Under the pieces are notes generated by a model, which ran no database searches, was not told where the DNA came from, and saw nothing but the letters and a program-made list of their open reading frames with translations. The position numbers and the translations under genes were made by a program. Below are positions 51,250 to 61,740 of a stretch of DNA of 64,000 nucleotides, piece by piece; the stretch's first letter is position 1; every line of letters starts with the position of its first letter. The DNA is taken from contig SFLD01000019.1 of NCBI GenBank assembly GCA_004553545.1, positions 8,630-72,629 of the forward strand, in the 5' to 3' direction. This DNA is from Clostridiales bacterium. GTDB lineage: Bacteria; Bacillota; Clostridia; Oscillospirales; Oscillospiraceae.

Positions 51250-51755
51250 GAAGACTGGACATCACGGCCCTCTCATCCACCTATGCCGTCCGTCCGCTGA
51301 CGCCGGAGGACGCGGATGCCGTCCTGGCTCTGGCCGCCGGGAACGAGCTCTTCTACCGCTATCACCCGCCCCTGCCGGACCGGGAGAGCATCCTCTCCGA
51401 CATGACGGCCCTGCCCCCGGGGAAGGGGCCGGAGGACAAGTACTTCCTGGGTCTCTTCCAGGGAGAGCGCCTCACGGCGGTGATGGACCTGATCCTGGGT
51501 TATCCGGAGGCGGACAGCGCCTGGGTGGGCTGGTTCATCCTCTCCCCCGCCTGCCAGGGCCGGGGCGTAGGCAGCGGCATCCTGCGGGATGTGGAAGCCG
51601 CCCTTCAGGCGGCGGGCTTCCGGACACTGCGGCTGGCGGTGGACCGGGGCAATCCCCAGAGCTGGGCCTTCTGGACGAAGAACGGCTGCACCCGCGACGG
51701 CCCCGAACGCCCCAACGGCTTCTCCGCCTATCTCCCCATGAAGAAAGCATTATAA
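51246..51755 (+). CDS. GNAT acetyltransferase
   Basis: CQGRGVGS acetyl-CoA motif, N...AFWTKNG. Confidence 0.9.
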   Translation: MRRLDITALSSTYAVRPLTPEDADAVLALAAGNELFYRYHPPLPDRESILSDMTALPPGKGPEDKYFLGLFQGERLTAVMDLILGYPEADSAWVGWFILSPACQGRGVGSGILRDVEAALQAAGFRTLRLAVDRGNPQSWAFWTKNGCTRDGPERPNGFSAYLPMKKAL

Positions 51756-51784
51756 AAAGCGGCGGACAGCTGTCCGCCGCTTTC
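51756..51784. terminator. Bidirectional terminator
   Basis: aaagcggcggaca/tgtccgccgcttt. Confidence 0.8.
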
Positions 51785-51785
51785 G

Positions 51786-52136
51786 TTATTCCTCTTCGGG
51801 CTCCTCCGCCCGCAGACCCAGGACCCGAAGGTAATCCCGGCCACCGTAGAGCACCCGGTCGATGTAGACATCCGTTCCCACCGTGCGGTAGAAGATCATG
51901 TAGCTGCCGCTGGTGAGATAGCGGTAATCCGCGCCGTCCCGGAGCTCCGTGACCGCGGAGAGCGGGGTGCCTATCAGGGCCTGCCCCCGCAGCAGGCGGA
52001 CATTCTGCATGATCCGCTTCACGGTGGCCAGTGCCGCGACAGGGTTCTCCAGGTCCCTGCTGATATAGCGCTTGATCTCCTGGAGGTCCGCCTGGGCATC
52101 CGGCGTCAGGTGCAGCTCATTCGTGGTGGATCCCAA
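51786..52136 (-). CDS. RelE/ParE-family toxin
   Basis: LTPDAQADL.EI..YI, YR.L..GSY.IFYR, V.IDRVLYG.RDY. Confidence 0.88.
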   Translation of the reverse strand: MGSTTNELHLTPDAQADLQEIKRYISRDLENPVAALATVKRIMQNVRLLRGQALIGTPLSAVTELRDGADYRYLTSGSYMIFYRTVGTDVYIDRVLYGGRDYLRVLGLRAEEPEEE

Positions 52137-52371
52137 GGCTCTCCTCCACCTCCTCCACGGTGAGATACCCCTCCTTCTCGCCGGAGCGGCGGCCCTTGGC
52201 CAGTTCGCTCATGAGGCGGCGGGCAGCCAGCGTCCGCTCATAGTCCCGCATGTCCACGATGGCGTATTTCCCCCGGCCATTCTTGGTGAGGAAGACGGGA
52301 GAACCCTCGTCCACGTCCCGCAGGACCTCGGTATAGTTGCGCAGATCGGAGATCGGCTTGATGTTCGGCAT
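52117..52371 (-). CDS. Phd/YefM-family antitoxin
   Basis: MPNIKPISDLRNY, PVFLTKNGRG. Confidence 0.92.
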   Translation of the reverse strand: MPNIKPISDLRNYTEVLRDVDEGSPVFLTKNGRGKYAIVDMRDYERTLAARRLMSELAKGRRSGEKEGYLTVEEVEESLGIHHE

Positions 52372-52460
52372 GGTGATCCCTCCTTTTGGGGATAGTATAC
52401 CCGATTTCGCTGAGGAATTCAACCCCAAATCTTACAGCGCATTTCCGTGAAAGTGCAGAA

Positions 52461-52490
52461 AAAGCCCGCAGCCGGTTGGCTGCGGGCTTT
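52461..52490 (-). terminator. Terminator after rplL
   Basis: aaagcccgcagcc/ggctgcgggcttt. Confidence 0.8.
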
Positions 52491-52508
52491 TGGGGCTTTG
52501 AGCAAAAA

Positions 52509-52880
52509 TTACTTGAGCTCGACCTTGCCGCCGACCTCTTCGATCTGCTTCTTGAGAGCCTCGGCCTCGTCCTTGGAGACGCCTTCCTTCAGAGCCTTGG
52601 GAGCGCCCTCGACGGTAGCCTTGGCCTCGGCCAGGCCCTGGCCGGTGATCTCGCGGACGACCTTGATGACCTTGATCTTGGCGGCGGCATCGAAGCCGGT
52701 CAGGACCACGTCGAACTCGGTCTTCTCCTCAGCGGCGGGAGCGGCAGCGCCGGCGGCGGGAGCGGCCATAGCGGCGGCGGACACGCCGAACTCTTCCTCC
52801 AGAGCGTGGACCAGCTCAGAGAGCTCCAGAACGGTCAGGCCCTTGATCTCTTCGATCATAGCGGTAATCTTCTCAGACAT
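52509..52880 (-). CDS. rplL: 50S ribosomal protein L7/L12
   Basis: [28 protein letters not shown]. Confidence 0.98.
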   Translation of the reverse strand: MSEKITAMIEEIKGLTVLELSELVHALEEEFGVSAAAMAAPAAGAAAPAAEEKTEFDVVLTGFDAAAKIKVIKVVREITGQGLAEAKATVEGAPKALKEGVSKDEAEALKKQIEEVGGKVELK

Positions 52881-52926
52881 GGTAATTGCCTCCTAATTTT
52901 TAAATTTGAAAAAATGTGGGGCCGAA

Positions 52927-53451
52927 TTACTCGGCGGCGGGCTCCTCGGCGGGAGCGCCCTGCTTCTCGGCGATCTGCTTCAGGACGACGGCCAGGCCGG
53001 TGATGGGGGCCAGCATGGTGCCCAGGACCTGCGCCTGCAGGACGGGCAGTGCGGGGATGGCTGCCAGGGACTGGATGGTGGCGAGGTCAACGGGCTTGCC
53101 CTCCATGAAGCCGCCCTTGATCTCGAACTTGTCCTGGAGCTTCTTGGCATAATCGCTCATGACGCGGGCGGGGGACACGACGTCCTCGTCGCAGAGAGCC
53201 AGAGCGGTGGTGCCGTTCAGCAGGGGGTCCAGTTCCTCGAGACCGGTGTTGTTGAAAGCGAAGCGCAGCAGCGTGTTCTTGACCACGGCATAGTGGATGT
53301 TGGCCTCACGGCACTCCTTACGAAGCGCGGTGTCCTCCTCCACGGTGATGCCCTTGTAGTCAACGATGACGCCGGCGGAGGCTTTCTGCAGCTTCTCGGT
53401 GAGCTGTGCCACGATGGCCTGCTTCTCGCTTAAGACTTTTGCGTTAGGCAT
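52927..53451 (-). CDS. rplJ: 50S ribosomal protein L10
   Basis: DYKGITV, VVKNTL, IKGGFMEG. Confidence 0.97.
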   Translation of the reverse strand: MPNAKVLSEKQAIVAQLTEKLQKASAGVIVDYKGITVEEDTALRKECREANIHYAVVKNTLLRFAFNNTGLEELDPLLNGTTALALCDEDVVSPARVMSDYAKKLQDKFEIKGGFMEGKPVDLATIQSLAAIPALPVLQAQVLGTMLAPITGLAVVLKQIAEKQGAPAEEPAAE

Positions 53452-53511
53452 TCTTGGTTTCACCTCCATTGGAATTGTTGATGTGCCGCGCACATCGGGT
53501 CTCCAATGCGT

Positions 53512-53625
53512 TCAAAAAAAGGACGCCCTCATGTCCGCAGAAAGACACAAGGACGGTAGCGATCAAAATATGATGCCATCCTCGGCAGGACTTACGGCTT
53601 GCGCCACCTGCTGTCTTTGGAACGC
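53512..53625 (-). ncRNA. Ribosomal protein L10 leader
   Basis: ccaaagacagcaggtgg...cctgccgagg motif then terminator-like hairpin, downstream of TTGACT/TATAAT promoter. Confidence 0.85.
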
Positions 53626-53875
53626 ACTGACTATTATATTCAAGGCCGGCCGGAAAGTCAAGCCTCAAATATTGTTTTCTTCGTCTGATTTTCCCCCCGC
53701 GATGCCGCAAAGCGGCGAGCCCAAAAGCTTCCCATAGCGAAGCTGCTCCGCAGCCAGCGAGCACCGCACCGAAAACGGCGCACCCGGCAGACCTCCGCCC
53801 CGGAGGGGGCGCGCACACCCGTCCACAGACTGGTGGGGGCCTCCGGGGGGAGCGTCAACTCCCCCCGGAAGCAAA

Positions 53876-54568
53876 TCAGACAAATTTGCTGGTGTTCATC
53901 TTGACGCCGGGGCCCATGGTGGCGGCGGCGACGCAGGACTTGATATACTGGCCCTTGGCGGCGGCGGGCTTGGCCTTGACGATGGCGCCCATGAGAGCGC
54001 TGTAGTTCTCGACCAGCTTCTCGGCGCCGAAGGAGACCTTGCCGATGGGGCAGTGGATGATGTTGGTCTTGTCCAGACGATACTCGATCTTACCGGCCTT
54101 GACTTCCTTCACGGCCTTGGCAACATCGGGGGTAACGGTACCGGCCTTGGGGGAGGGCATCAGGCCCTTGGGGCCCAGCACCTTACCGAGACGGCCGACA
54201 ACGCCCATCATATCGGGGGAAGCGACGACCACGTCGAAGTCGAACCAGTTTTCCTTCTGGATCTTCTCCACCATGTCCATATCGCCCACATAGTCGGCGC
54301 CGGCCTCGCGGGCAGCGTCGGCCTTGTCGCCCTTGGCGAACACCAGGACGCGGACGGTCTTGCCGGTGCCGTGGGGCAGCACGATGGCGCCACGGACCTG
54401 CTGGTCGGCGTGACGGGAGTCAACGCCCAGCTTCACGTGCAGCTCGACGGTCTCGTCGAACTTGGCGGAAGCGGTCTTGCAAACGAGCTCCATGCCCTCC
54501 TGCGCGTCATACTGAACGCTGCGGTCGATGAGCTTGGCGCTGTCCTTATACTTCTTGCCTCTAAACAT
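53876..54568 (-). CDS. rplA: 50S ribosomal protein L1
   Basis: [29 protein letters not shown]. Confidence 0.98.
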   Translation of the reverse strand: MFRGKKYKDSAKLIDRSVQYDAQEGMELVCKTASAKFDETVELHVKLGVDSRHADQQVRGAIVLPHGTGKTVRVLVFAKGDKADAAREAGADYVGDMDMVEKIQKENWFDFDVVVASPDMMGVVGRLGKVLGPKGLMPSPKAGTVTPDVAKAVKEVKAGKIEYRLDKTNIIHCPIGKVSFGAEKLVENYSALMGAIVKAKPAAAKGQYIKSCVAAATMGPGVKMNTSKFV

Positions 54569-54583
54569 CTCTTCCGGCCCTCC

Positions 54584-55009
54584 TTACTCTTCGACGACAA
54601 CGCCCATGGAACGGGCGGTACCTGCGATCATGCTCATGGCAGACTCCAGGTTCGCGGCGTTCAGGTCGGGCATCTTGATCTCGGCGATCTTCTGCAGGGA
54701 AGCCTTGGAAATGGTGGCAACCTTGGTCTTGTTGGGGACGCCGGAGCCGGACTCGATGTTGCATTCCTTCTTGATGAGAACGGCGGCGGGGGGCGTCTTG
54801 GTGATGAAGCTGAACTTACGGTCGGCATAGATGGTGATGACCACGGGGATGATCATGCCGATGTCGTTCTTGGTCCGCTCATTGAACTCCTTGGTGAACT
54901 GAGCGATGTTCACACCGTGCTGGCCCAGGGCGGGGCCGACGGGGGGGGCGGGAGTCGCCTTGCCTGCAGGGATCTGCAGCTTCACATAACCGGTAATCTT
55001 CTGTGCCAC
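54584..55009 (-). CDS. rplK: 50S ribosomal protein L11
   Basis: [25 protein letters not shown]. Confidence 0.98.
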   Translation of the reverse strand: MAQKITGYVKLQIPAGKATPAPPVGPALGQHGVNIAQFTKEFNERTKNDIGMIIPVVITIYADRKFSFITKTPPAAVLIKKECNIESGSGVPNKTKVATISKASLQKIAEIKMPDLNAANLESAMSMIAGTARSMGVVVEE

Positions 55010-55034
55010 TTGAGTAGCACCTCCTAAATCTTAA

Positions 55035-55102
55035 AATGTGGTGACATCCCGGAAGCTCGGGACGCCTTTGGCGGAGCCGCCCGCGGGCGGTTCCTCCCAC
55101 TT
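55035..55102 (-). promoter_or_regulatory. L1-binding autoregulatory leader of rplK-rplA
   Basis: gtgggagg...accaca flanking a hairpin just upstream of the rplK RBS. Confidence 0.65.
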
Positions 55103-55127
55103 TTGCCGGGCCGGGCCCGGCAGGGGG

Positions 55128-55658
55128 TCACTCCAGGGTCTCCACCTGGTCCAGCTCCATCTCGACGGGAGTCTCGCGGCCGAACATGGAGACCATCACG
55201 GAGACGCGGTTCTTCTCGGGCTCGATCTCCTCCACCACGCCGGTAAACGTGGAGAAGGGGCCGTCCACAATGCGGACGTGGTCGCCCACCGCGTATTTGA
55301 CAATGATCTCGTGCTTCTCCATCCCCATGGCCAGGACTTCCTCCTCCGTCAGGGGAATGGCCTTATTGTTGCTGTCCACAAAGCCGACAAAGCCGGTGAC
55401 GCCGCGGACGTTCCGCACCAGATGCCAGGTCTCGTCCGTCATGACCATCTTGACGAGCACATAGCCGGGGAAGACCTTCCGCTCGACCTCTTTGGCCTCG
55501 CCGGATTCGCTGACCTCCGTCACGGTCTCCATGGGGACTTCGATCCGCAGGATCTGGTCCTCCATGCCGCGGCCGGTGACGAACTTTTCAATGCTGGTCT
55601 TTACGGCGTTCTCATAGCCGGAATAGGTATGGACGACATACCACTTCGCGTCTTCCAT
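55128..55658 (-). CDS. nusG: Transcription termination/antitermination factor NusG
   Basis: WYVVHTYSGYE, FPGYVLV, KOW, MFGRETPVE. Confidence 0.98.
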   Translation of the reverse strand: MEDAKWYVVHTYSGYENAVKTSIEKFVTGRGMEDQILRIEVPMETVTEVSESGEAKEVERKVFPGYVLVKMVMTDETWHLVRNVRGVTGFVGFVDSNNKAIPLTEEEVLAMGMEKHEIIVKYAVGDHVRIVDGPFSTFTGVVEEIEPEKNRVSVMVSMFGRETPVEMELDQVETLE

Positions 55659-55669
55659 GGCCTGCTTCC

Positions 55670-55873
55670 TCAGCCGCCGATGAGCATCTGCACGGCAGAC
55701 ACTGCCACAAAGTCAAAGGCCCAGATGCACACGCCGATGACCAGGGAGCACAGCAGAACGGTGCCCGTGTTCTTCATGACAGTCTTCTTGTCGGGCCAGA
55801 TGACCTTCTTCAGTTCGCTTTTCATCTCGCGGAACCAGAGGCCGCGATCCTTCTTTTTCGTCGTTTCAGCCAT
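55670..55873 (-). CDS. secE: Preprotein translocase SecE
   Basis: EMKSELKKVIWP plus one TM helix; upstream of nusG. Confidence 0.95.
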   Translation of the reverse strand: MAETTKKKDRGLWFREMKSELKKVIWPDKKTVMKNTGTVLLCSLVIGVCIWAFDFVAVSAVQMLIGG

Positions 55874-55896
55874 TGTACACGCCTTCCTTTCTTTCG

Positions 55897-56046
55897 TTAC
55901 TTGGTTTCCGTGTGGGGCGTGTGCTTGCGGCAGAACGGGCAATACTTGTTCAGCTCAAGCTTATCCGGGGTATTCTTCTTGTTCTTCATCGTATTGTAGT
56001 TTCTCTGCTTGCACTCATTGCATCTCAGGGTCACTTTTACGCGCAT
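55897..56046 (-). CDS. rpmG: 50S ribosomal protein L33 (Zn-binding type)
   Basis: Read manually: [49 protein letters not shown]. Confidence 0.97.
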   Translation of the reverse strand: MRVKVTLRCNECKQRNYNTMKNKKNTPDKLELNKYCPFCRKHTPHTETK

Positions 56047-56380
56047 TAACGGCACCTCCTTTTAGAATTGGCATCCTGTCCGGCTCCCGCCGGGGGACGC
56101 CGTTTGCCTCCCTGCGTCCGAAGGGTCCCCCTTTTCCCGCCCGAAAAGCGAAAATAGGCGTGAAAAGAAAGCCCTTTTTCACAGGTAAGAACGATTTTAG
56201 CACAGGTCAAGCGGCGCGTCAATGGCTTTTTCGGGAAAAATCCGGAGATTTTTTCGGAAAAAGCGGAACTTTTCCGCCTTTTCCTTGCCCCCGCCGGGCA
56301 GAACATGGTATGATGGGGGAAACCCGGCGGGAGCCGCGGCTCCCGCCGCCCAATCCGGACTTCAGAAAGGAAGCTTTCCT

Positions 56381-56800
56381 ATGCGTATCATGGCCATCGA
56401 CTATGGCGACGCCCACACCGGCATCGCGGTCTCCGATCCCACGGGGCTCCTTGCGGGCTTCACCACCGTCATCACCGCCTACCGGCCGGAGGCGGTGGCC
56501 CAGCGGGTGGCGGAGCTGGCGAGGGAGCACGGGGCGGAGGAGCTGGTGCTGGGCCATCCCGTGAACATGGACGGGTCTCTCGGCCCCCGGTCCGAGAAGG
56601 CGAAAGCCATGCAGGCCCTCTTAGAGGAGGCCACGGGCCTCCCCGTCGTCCTCTGGGACGAGCGCCGCACCACCATCGACGCCCACCACATCCTCTACCA
56701 GAGCGGCAAGAACGCCAAACAGCGGAAAAAGGTGGTGGACGCCGTGGCCGCCACGCTGATCCTGGAGGGATACCTCACCTATAAAAAGAGCCAGGGCTGA
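56381..56800 (+). CDS. ruvX: YqgF/RuvX pre-16S rRNA nuclease
   Basis: IMAIDYG, G.P.NMDG, WDERRTT, VDAVAA.LIL. Confidence 0.95.
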   Translation: MRIMAIDYGDAHTGIAVSDPTGLLAGFTTVITAYRPEAVAQRVAELAREHGAEELVLGHPVNMDGSLGPRSEKAKAMQALLEEATGLPVVLWDERRTTIDAHHILYQSGKNAKQRKKVVDAVAATLILEGYLTYKKSQG

Positions 56801-56813
56801 GGGACGGAGATCA

Positions 56814-56903
56814 CGGATCCCCACGTCGGTCCTTCGGCCCTCCTCGGAATGACGGGGTTTAAGAGCTGTCATTGCGAGGAGCGAAGCGACGCGGCGATCC
56901 GCT
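56814..56903. repeat. TGTCATT-type REP doublet
   Basis: Same inverted pair as at 16064 and 18549. Confidence 0.8.
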
Positions 56904-57102
56904 CCTTTTGCCTGCACTCCGCCGCGTGCAGAGTATCCTCCGTTGACAGGAAAAGAGCCGGGAGCGGCTTTGCCGCTCCCGGCTCTCCGGCCTGTGGCCG
57001 GTGTCGTTTGAAAAAACGGGTGTCCCATCGGGCCGCCGCACGGACGGCTTTGGCACTGCCGGGGCGCTGCCCCAGCGCCGTCCTCAGCCCTTGGGCGCTG
57101 TA

Positions 57103-58659
57103 TCAGCCGCCGTAGCCGTAGCCGCGGTTGCCGAAGAAGTAGCGGAAGAGATCGTTGAGGTCGTCCTGGCTGTACTGGTCGCCGCTGTTGTCATTGGCGT
57201 CCGTGTTGGTGTTGGTATCGTTGGAGGCGGTGGTGTCCACGGGCTGGGCGCCCCAGGTCAGCTGGACCTCCATGGTCTTGCCGGCACGGTAGATGGTGAG
57301 GGTAGAGGTGTCGCCGGCGCTGTAGCCCTTCTTGGCGGCCACCAGCTCCTCATAGCTCGCGATGGACTTGCCGTCGATGGCGGTGATGACATCGCCCATC
57401 TGGAGGCCCGCCTCGGAAGCGGGGCTGTTCTCCTCCACGTAGCTGATGAAAACGCCCTCACTGATATCATAGCGGTACTGCATGGCCATCTGAGCGGTCA
57501 GGGTGTTGGGGACGATGCCCATGTAGGCCTTGTCGGTGACGTAGCCGTTGGTCATGATGTCCTCGATCATGGCGAGAACGTCATTGATGGGGATGGCGAA
57601 GCCCAGGCCCTCCACGGTCTCGCTGGAGGAAGAGGACGCGGTGCCGGAATACTTGGCGGAGACGATGCCCACTACCTCGCCGTAGGCGTTGAAGAGCGGG
57701 CCGCCGGAGTTGCCGGGGTTCACGGCGCAGGTGACCTGGATCATGTTGAAGGGGATGCCGGAGACGTTGATGGTCCGGTTGACGCTGGAGGCGATGCCCT
57801 CGCTGGCGGAGAAGGTCAGCTCACCCAGGGGATTGCCCACGGCCAGCACATGGTCGCCCACGTTCAGCAGGCTGGAGTCGCCCAGGGTCACGGGGGTGAG
57901 GCCGGTGGCGTCGATCTTCAGCACGGCGATGTCGTAGTCGCTGTCGCTGCCGATGACGGTGGCGTCATAGCTTTCGCCGTCGTAGAGAGTCACCTTCACG
58001 CTGGTGGCGCCGTCGATGACGTGGTGGTTGGTGACGACGAAGCCGTCCTGGGTCAGGAGGAAGCCGGAACCGGAGGAGGCGGACTCCACCGTCTGGCCGA
58101 AGTAGTTGGTTGCGGTGGCGGAGCAGTTGATAGAGACCACGCTGTTGACGTTGGCGGCGTAGTTCTCGGCGTCCGTCAGCTCGGTCTTGCCGTCCACGCT
58201 CTTGAGGACCACCTGGGAGGCCGTCCGGTCGCTGACGTTGACGGTGGCGGTGCCGCTGCCGCTGTGGCTCTTCACCGCGGCGGTGACGCCCGCGCCCGCC
58301 GCGCCGCCCAGGATGGCGCAGCTCAGGGCCAGGGCCGCGATCTTCAGGCCCATGGGGCTGGTCTTCTTGGCCTTGGGGGCCTTGGGAGCCTCCGGCTGGG
58401 GACCCATGGCGGGACCGGCGCTCTCCGCCCAGACCTGCTGGCGGGGCTGCTCGCTCTGCCGGAAGTCATGGAGCTGGCTCTCGATGCTGGGGTTCGCGTC
58501 CTGGACGGGAGCGGTCTCCTGGATGGGAGCGGTCTCCTGGATGGGATCCGTGTCCTGCGCCGGGGTGCTGTTCTGAACGGGGGCCTCATCCCGGGCGGGT
58601 TCCTCCCGGCCGGACTTGCGGTAGGTGTAATGGTAAAGGTTCTTCTCGTCGTTATACAT
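57103..58659 (-). CDS. htrA: HtrA/DegP serine protease with PDZ domain
   Basis: GSGF, TNHHV, DIAVLK, NPGNSGGPL, PDZ; N-terminal 18-nt QETAP repeats (58500-58557). Confidence 0.95.
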   Translation of the reverse strand: MYNDEKNLYHYTYRKSGREEPARDEAPVQNSTPAQDTDPIQETAPIQETAPVQDANPSIESQLHDFRQSEQPRQQVWAESAGPAMGPQPEAPKAPKAKKTSPMGLKIAALALSCAILGGAAGAGVTAAVKSHSGSGTATVNVSDRTASQVVLKSVDGKTELTDAENYAANVNSVVSINCSATATNYFGQTVESASSGSGFLLTQDGFVVTNHHVIDGATSVKVTLYDGESYDATVIGSDSDYDIAVLKIDATGLTPVTLGDSSLLNVGDHVLAVGNPLGELTFSASEGIASSVNRTINVSGIPFNMIQVTCAVNPGNSGGPLFNAYGEVVGIVSAKYSGTASSSSSETVEGLGFAIPINDVLAMIEDIMTNGYVTDKAYMGIVPNTLTAQMAMQYRYDISEGVFISYVEENSPASEAGLQMGDVITAIDGKSIASYEELVAAKKGYSAGDTSTLTIYRAGKTMEVQLTWGAQPVDTTASNDTNTNTDANDNSGDQYSQDDLNDLFRYFFGNRGYGYGG

Positions 58660-58888
58660 AAGAGCTGCCTCCTTAAACTCTGCCTTTATCCTACACGGAC
58701 TTTGTTGCCAAACCGTGAAGAATTCCGGCGGATCGTGTGAATTTTTCTTTCCGCGCCCCGGGACTTTTCCGCCGCCGGAGCACTTCCTCTTGCGATGTTG
58801 GCTGAAGTATACTATAGTTATCTAAAAAGAACCTGAAAGACTTGTGTCTTTTTTATTTCAATTTCTCTTGGAAAGCGAGTGAAGCTGT

Positions 58889-60490
58889 TTGTTGAAGATC
58901 GAAGGGATCAAGCTGCCGGTGGGATGCGGCGAGGACGCGCTCTCTGAGCGGGTCCGAAAGCTCCTGCGGCTGCGCAATGCCGGAGACCTCCTGTCCCTCA
59001 CGCTGCTGCGCCGCAGCATCGACGCCCGGGAGGGCGTCCAGTGGGTCTGCGCCGCCGCGGCGGAGGTGAAGGGCGAGGCGGCGGTGCTCCGCCGCTGCCG
59101 GGACAAGCGGGTGAGCCGCTGGACCCCGCCGGAGCCCTACGCCCCCCCTGCCCCCATGCCCCCCGCCGCCCTCCGCCCCATCGTGGTGGGGGCAGGCCCT
59201 GCGGGGCTCTTTGCCGCGCTGATCCTGGCCCGGGCCGGGCAGAGGCCCATCCTGCTGGAGCGGGGCCGCCCGGTGGAGCAGCGGCAGCGCGATGTGGAAG
59301 CCTTCTTCCGCACGGGACGCCTGGACCCGAGGTCCAACGTCCAGTTCGGGGAGGGCGGCGCCGGGGCCTTCTCCGACGGCAAGCTCAATACCGGCACGAA
59401 GGACGTCCGCCACCGCTTCATCCTGGAGGAGCTGGCCGCCTGCGGCGCGCCCCGGGACATCCTGGTGGACGCCAAGCCCCACGTGGGGACGGACTACCTC
59501 CACATCGCCCTGCGGAACCTCCGGCGACAGCTCATCGCCCTGGGAACGGACGTCCGCTTCCAGCACCGGCTGACGGACATCCGCATCGAGGACGGCGCCG
59601 TCGCCGCCGTGACGGTGGAGGGGCCCCAGGGAACGGAGATCCTGGCCTGCCGCCACCTCATCCTGGCCCCCGGCCACTCCGCACGGGACACCTTTGAAAT
59701 GCTCCTTGCCCGGGCCGTTCCCATGGAACCCAAGGCCTTCGCCGTGGGCGTCCGCATCGAGCAGCGGCAACGGGACATCGACGCCGCCCAGTATAAAGAG
59801 TACGCCGGGACCCCCGGCCTCCCGGCCTCCACCTACAAGCTCTCCTGCCACCTGCCGAACGGGCGCGCCGCCTTCTCCTTCTGCGTCTGCCCCGGCGGCG
59901 AGGTGGTGGCCGCCGCCTCGGAGGAGGGCCGGGTGGTCACCAACGGCATGAGCGAGTTCGCCCGGGACAGGGAGAACATCAACGGCGCGCTCCTGGTCAG
60001 CGTCACGCCGGAGGATTTCGGCGGGGACGGCCCCCTGGCCGGGGTGGCGTTCCAGCGCCGGCTGGAGGAGGCCGCCTACGACGCCGGCGGCCGGGACTAC
60101 CACGCCCCTGCCCAGCGGGTGGAGGATTTCCTGGCCGGGAGGGCCAGCCAAGGCCCCGGGAGCGTGGCCCCCAGCTACCGCCCCGGCGTCCGCTGGTGCG
60201 ATCTCCATGACTGCCTGCCCCCCTTTGTCAGCGAGACCATTGCCCAGGCCCTGCCCATCCTGGGGAAAAAGCTCCCGGGCTACGACGCCCCGGACGCCGT
60301 GATGACGGCGGTGGAGAGCCGCAGCTCCTCCCCCGTCCGCATCCCCCGGGGGGAGAACGGCCAGTCCCCCATCCGGGGCCTCTACCCCTGCGGGGAGGGC
60401 GCGGGCTACGCCGGAGGCATCCTCTCCGCCGCGGCGGACGGCTGCCGCATGGCAGAGCAGGTCTGCCTCGCCATCGCCCGGGAAGGCTGA
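58889..60490 (+). CDS. FAD-dependent oxidoreductase
   Basis: VVGAGPAGL, FGEGGAGAFSDGKL, GEGAGYAGGI.SAA.DG. Confidence 0.92.
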   Translation: MLKIEGIKLPVGCGEDALSERVRKLLRLRNAGDLLSLTLLRRSIDAREGVQWVCAAAAEVKGEAAVLRRCRDKRVSRWTPPEPYAPPAPMPPAALRPIVVGAGPAGLFAALILARAGQRPILLERGRPVEQRQRDVEAFFRTGRLDPRSNVQFGEGGAGAFSDGKLNTGTKDVRHRFILEELAACGAPRDILVDAKPHVGTDYLHIALRNLRRQLIALGTDVRFQHRLTDIRIEDGAVAAVTVEGPQGTEILACRHLILAPGHSARDTFEMLLARAVPMEPKAFAVGVRIEQRQRDIDAAQYKEYAGTPGLPASTYKLSCHLPNGRAAFSFCVCPGGEVVAAASEEGRVVTNGMSEFARDRENINGALLVSVTPEDFGGDGPLAGVAFQRRLEEAAYDAGGRDYHAPAQRVEDFLAGRASQGPGSVAPSYRPGVRWCDLHDCLPPFVSETIAQALPILGKKLPGYDAPDAVMTAVESRSSSPVRIPRGENGQSPIRGLYPCGEGAGYAGGILSAAADGCRMAEQVCLAIAREG

Positions 60491-60648
60491 GCCGGCGCCC
60501 GCCGCGACAGACGGCGAGAATGGATCACTCTCAATTCTTAATTGAAAATTGACAATGGACAATTATCCATTCTCAATTATCCATTCTTACTTCTCATTGC
60601 CCCCGAAGATCCGAGATCTCATCCCCATCTCAGAAAGGAAGGACCCCC

Positions 60649-61623
60649 ATGGAACGGAAGATCTGCGTGTCCCTTGATTTTCTGGAAGAAAAGCACCGGG
60701 ACGCCATCGAAAAGACCGCCGCGGAGACCGGCTTCGTTCCCCGCTTCTTCTCCAAGCGGGAGCGGGACGCCGCCATGGCCTGGCTTCAGGAGAGCGAGAT
60801 CCTGTACACCGGCAGCCTGACCCTGCCGGCCAAGGCCGGCGCCTCCCTGCGCTGGCTCGCCTTTGCCTACGCCGGGGTGGACCCCTTCTGCCGCCCGGAC
60901 GGCCCCCTGGCAGGGAAGGACTGCCTCCTCACCAGCTCCAACACCTTTGACGTGACCCTGGCGGAGCACACCATCATGGTGCTCCTCATGCTGCTGCGGC
61001 GGATGCCGGAGTACGAGGAGCGGGTCCGCCGCCGGGAATGGCGGGCGGGCCTCCCCATCCGCTCCATCCGGGACGGGCGCTTCACCATCCTGGGGGCGGG
61101 GCACATCGGCGGCCGCATCGCGGAGGACTTAAAGGGCATGGGCGCGGCCCACGTCACCGGCGTCTCCCGCAGCGGCCGGTCCCGGAGCCCGTACTTCGAT
61201 GAAGTCCGCCCCATCTCTGAGCTGGACGCCATCCTGCGGGAGACGGAGCACCTCATCTGCATCCTGCCCTCCACCCCCGAGACCCGGGGCCTCTTCACGG
61301 CGGAGAAGTTCGCCCTCCTGCCCCAGGGCGCGACCTTTCTCAACGTGGGCCGGGGCGACCTGCCGGACCAGGACGCCCTGATGGACGCCCTGAAGAGCGG
61401 ACATCTCGCGGGCGCCGCCATCGACGTGACGGACCCGGAGCCCCTGCCGCCGGAGCATCCCCTCTGGACCTGCCCGGGCCTCATCCTGACGCCCCACGCC
61501 GCCGGCGGGACCACCCTGCCCCGCTCCCGGGACGACAACGTGGCCCTCTTCTGCGAAAACCTCCGCCGCTACGCGGCGGGGGAGGCCCTCCAGGGCCTGG
61601 TGGACCGCAGTCAGGGCTATTGA
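60649..61623 (+). CDS. D-2-hydroxyacid dehydrogenase
   Basis: GAGHIG, NVGRG, DV..PEPL, TPH.AG. Confidence 0.93.
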   Translation: MERKICVSLDFLEEKHRDAIEKTAAETGFVPRFFSKRERDAAMAWLQESEILYTGSLTLPAKAGASLRWLAFAYAGVDPFCRPDGPLAGKDCLLTSSNTFDVTLAEHTIMVLLMLLRRMPEYEERVRRREWRAGLPIRSIRDGRFTILGAGHIGGRIAEDLKGMGAAHVTGVSRSGRSRSPYFDEVRPISELDAILRETEHLICILPSTPETRGLFTAEKFALLPQGATFLNVGRGDLPDQDALMDALKSGHLAGAAIDVTDPEPLPPEHPLWTCPGLILTPHAAGGTTLPRSRDDNVALFCENLRRYAAGEALQGLVDRSQGY

Positions 61624-61633
61624 AAAAACGCGC

Positions 61634-61670
61634 AAAAAGGAACCGCCCCCAGGGGGCGGTTCCTTTTTGC
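61634..61670. terminator. Bidirectional terminator
   Basis: aaaaaggaaccgccccc/gggggcggttccttttt. Confidence 0.85.
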
Positions 61671-61740
61671 ATGGGTCGTGCCGATGCGGACGACACCGCC
61701 GCCGGCCATGTTTCGATCCCCACGGCCAATGGGCCGTGAC

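Noticed and set aside
52509..56046. Absence of rpoB after rplL
   Set aside because: Separation of rpoBC from this cluster is not unusual in Clostridia; not evidence of a novel system.
58500..58557. 18-nt tandem repeat in htrA as a contingency locus
   Set aside because: In-frame repeat in a disordered N-terminal tail; ordinary linker variation.
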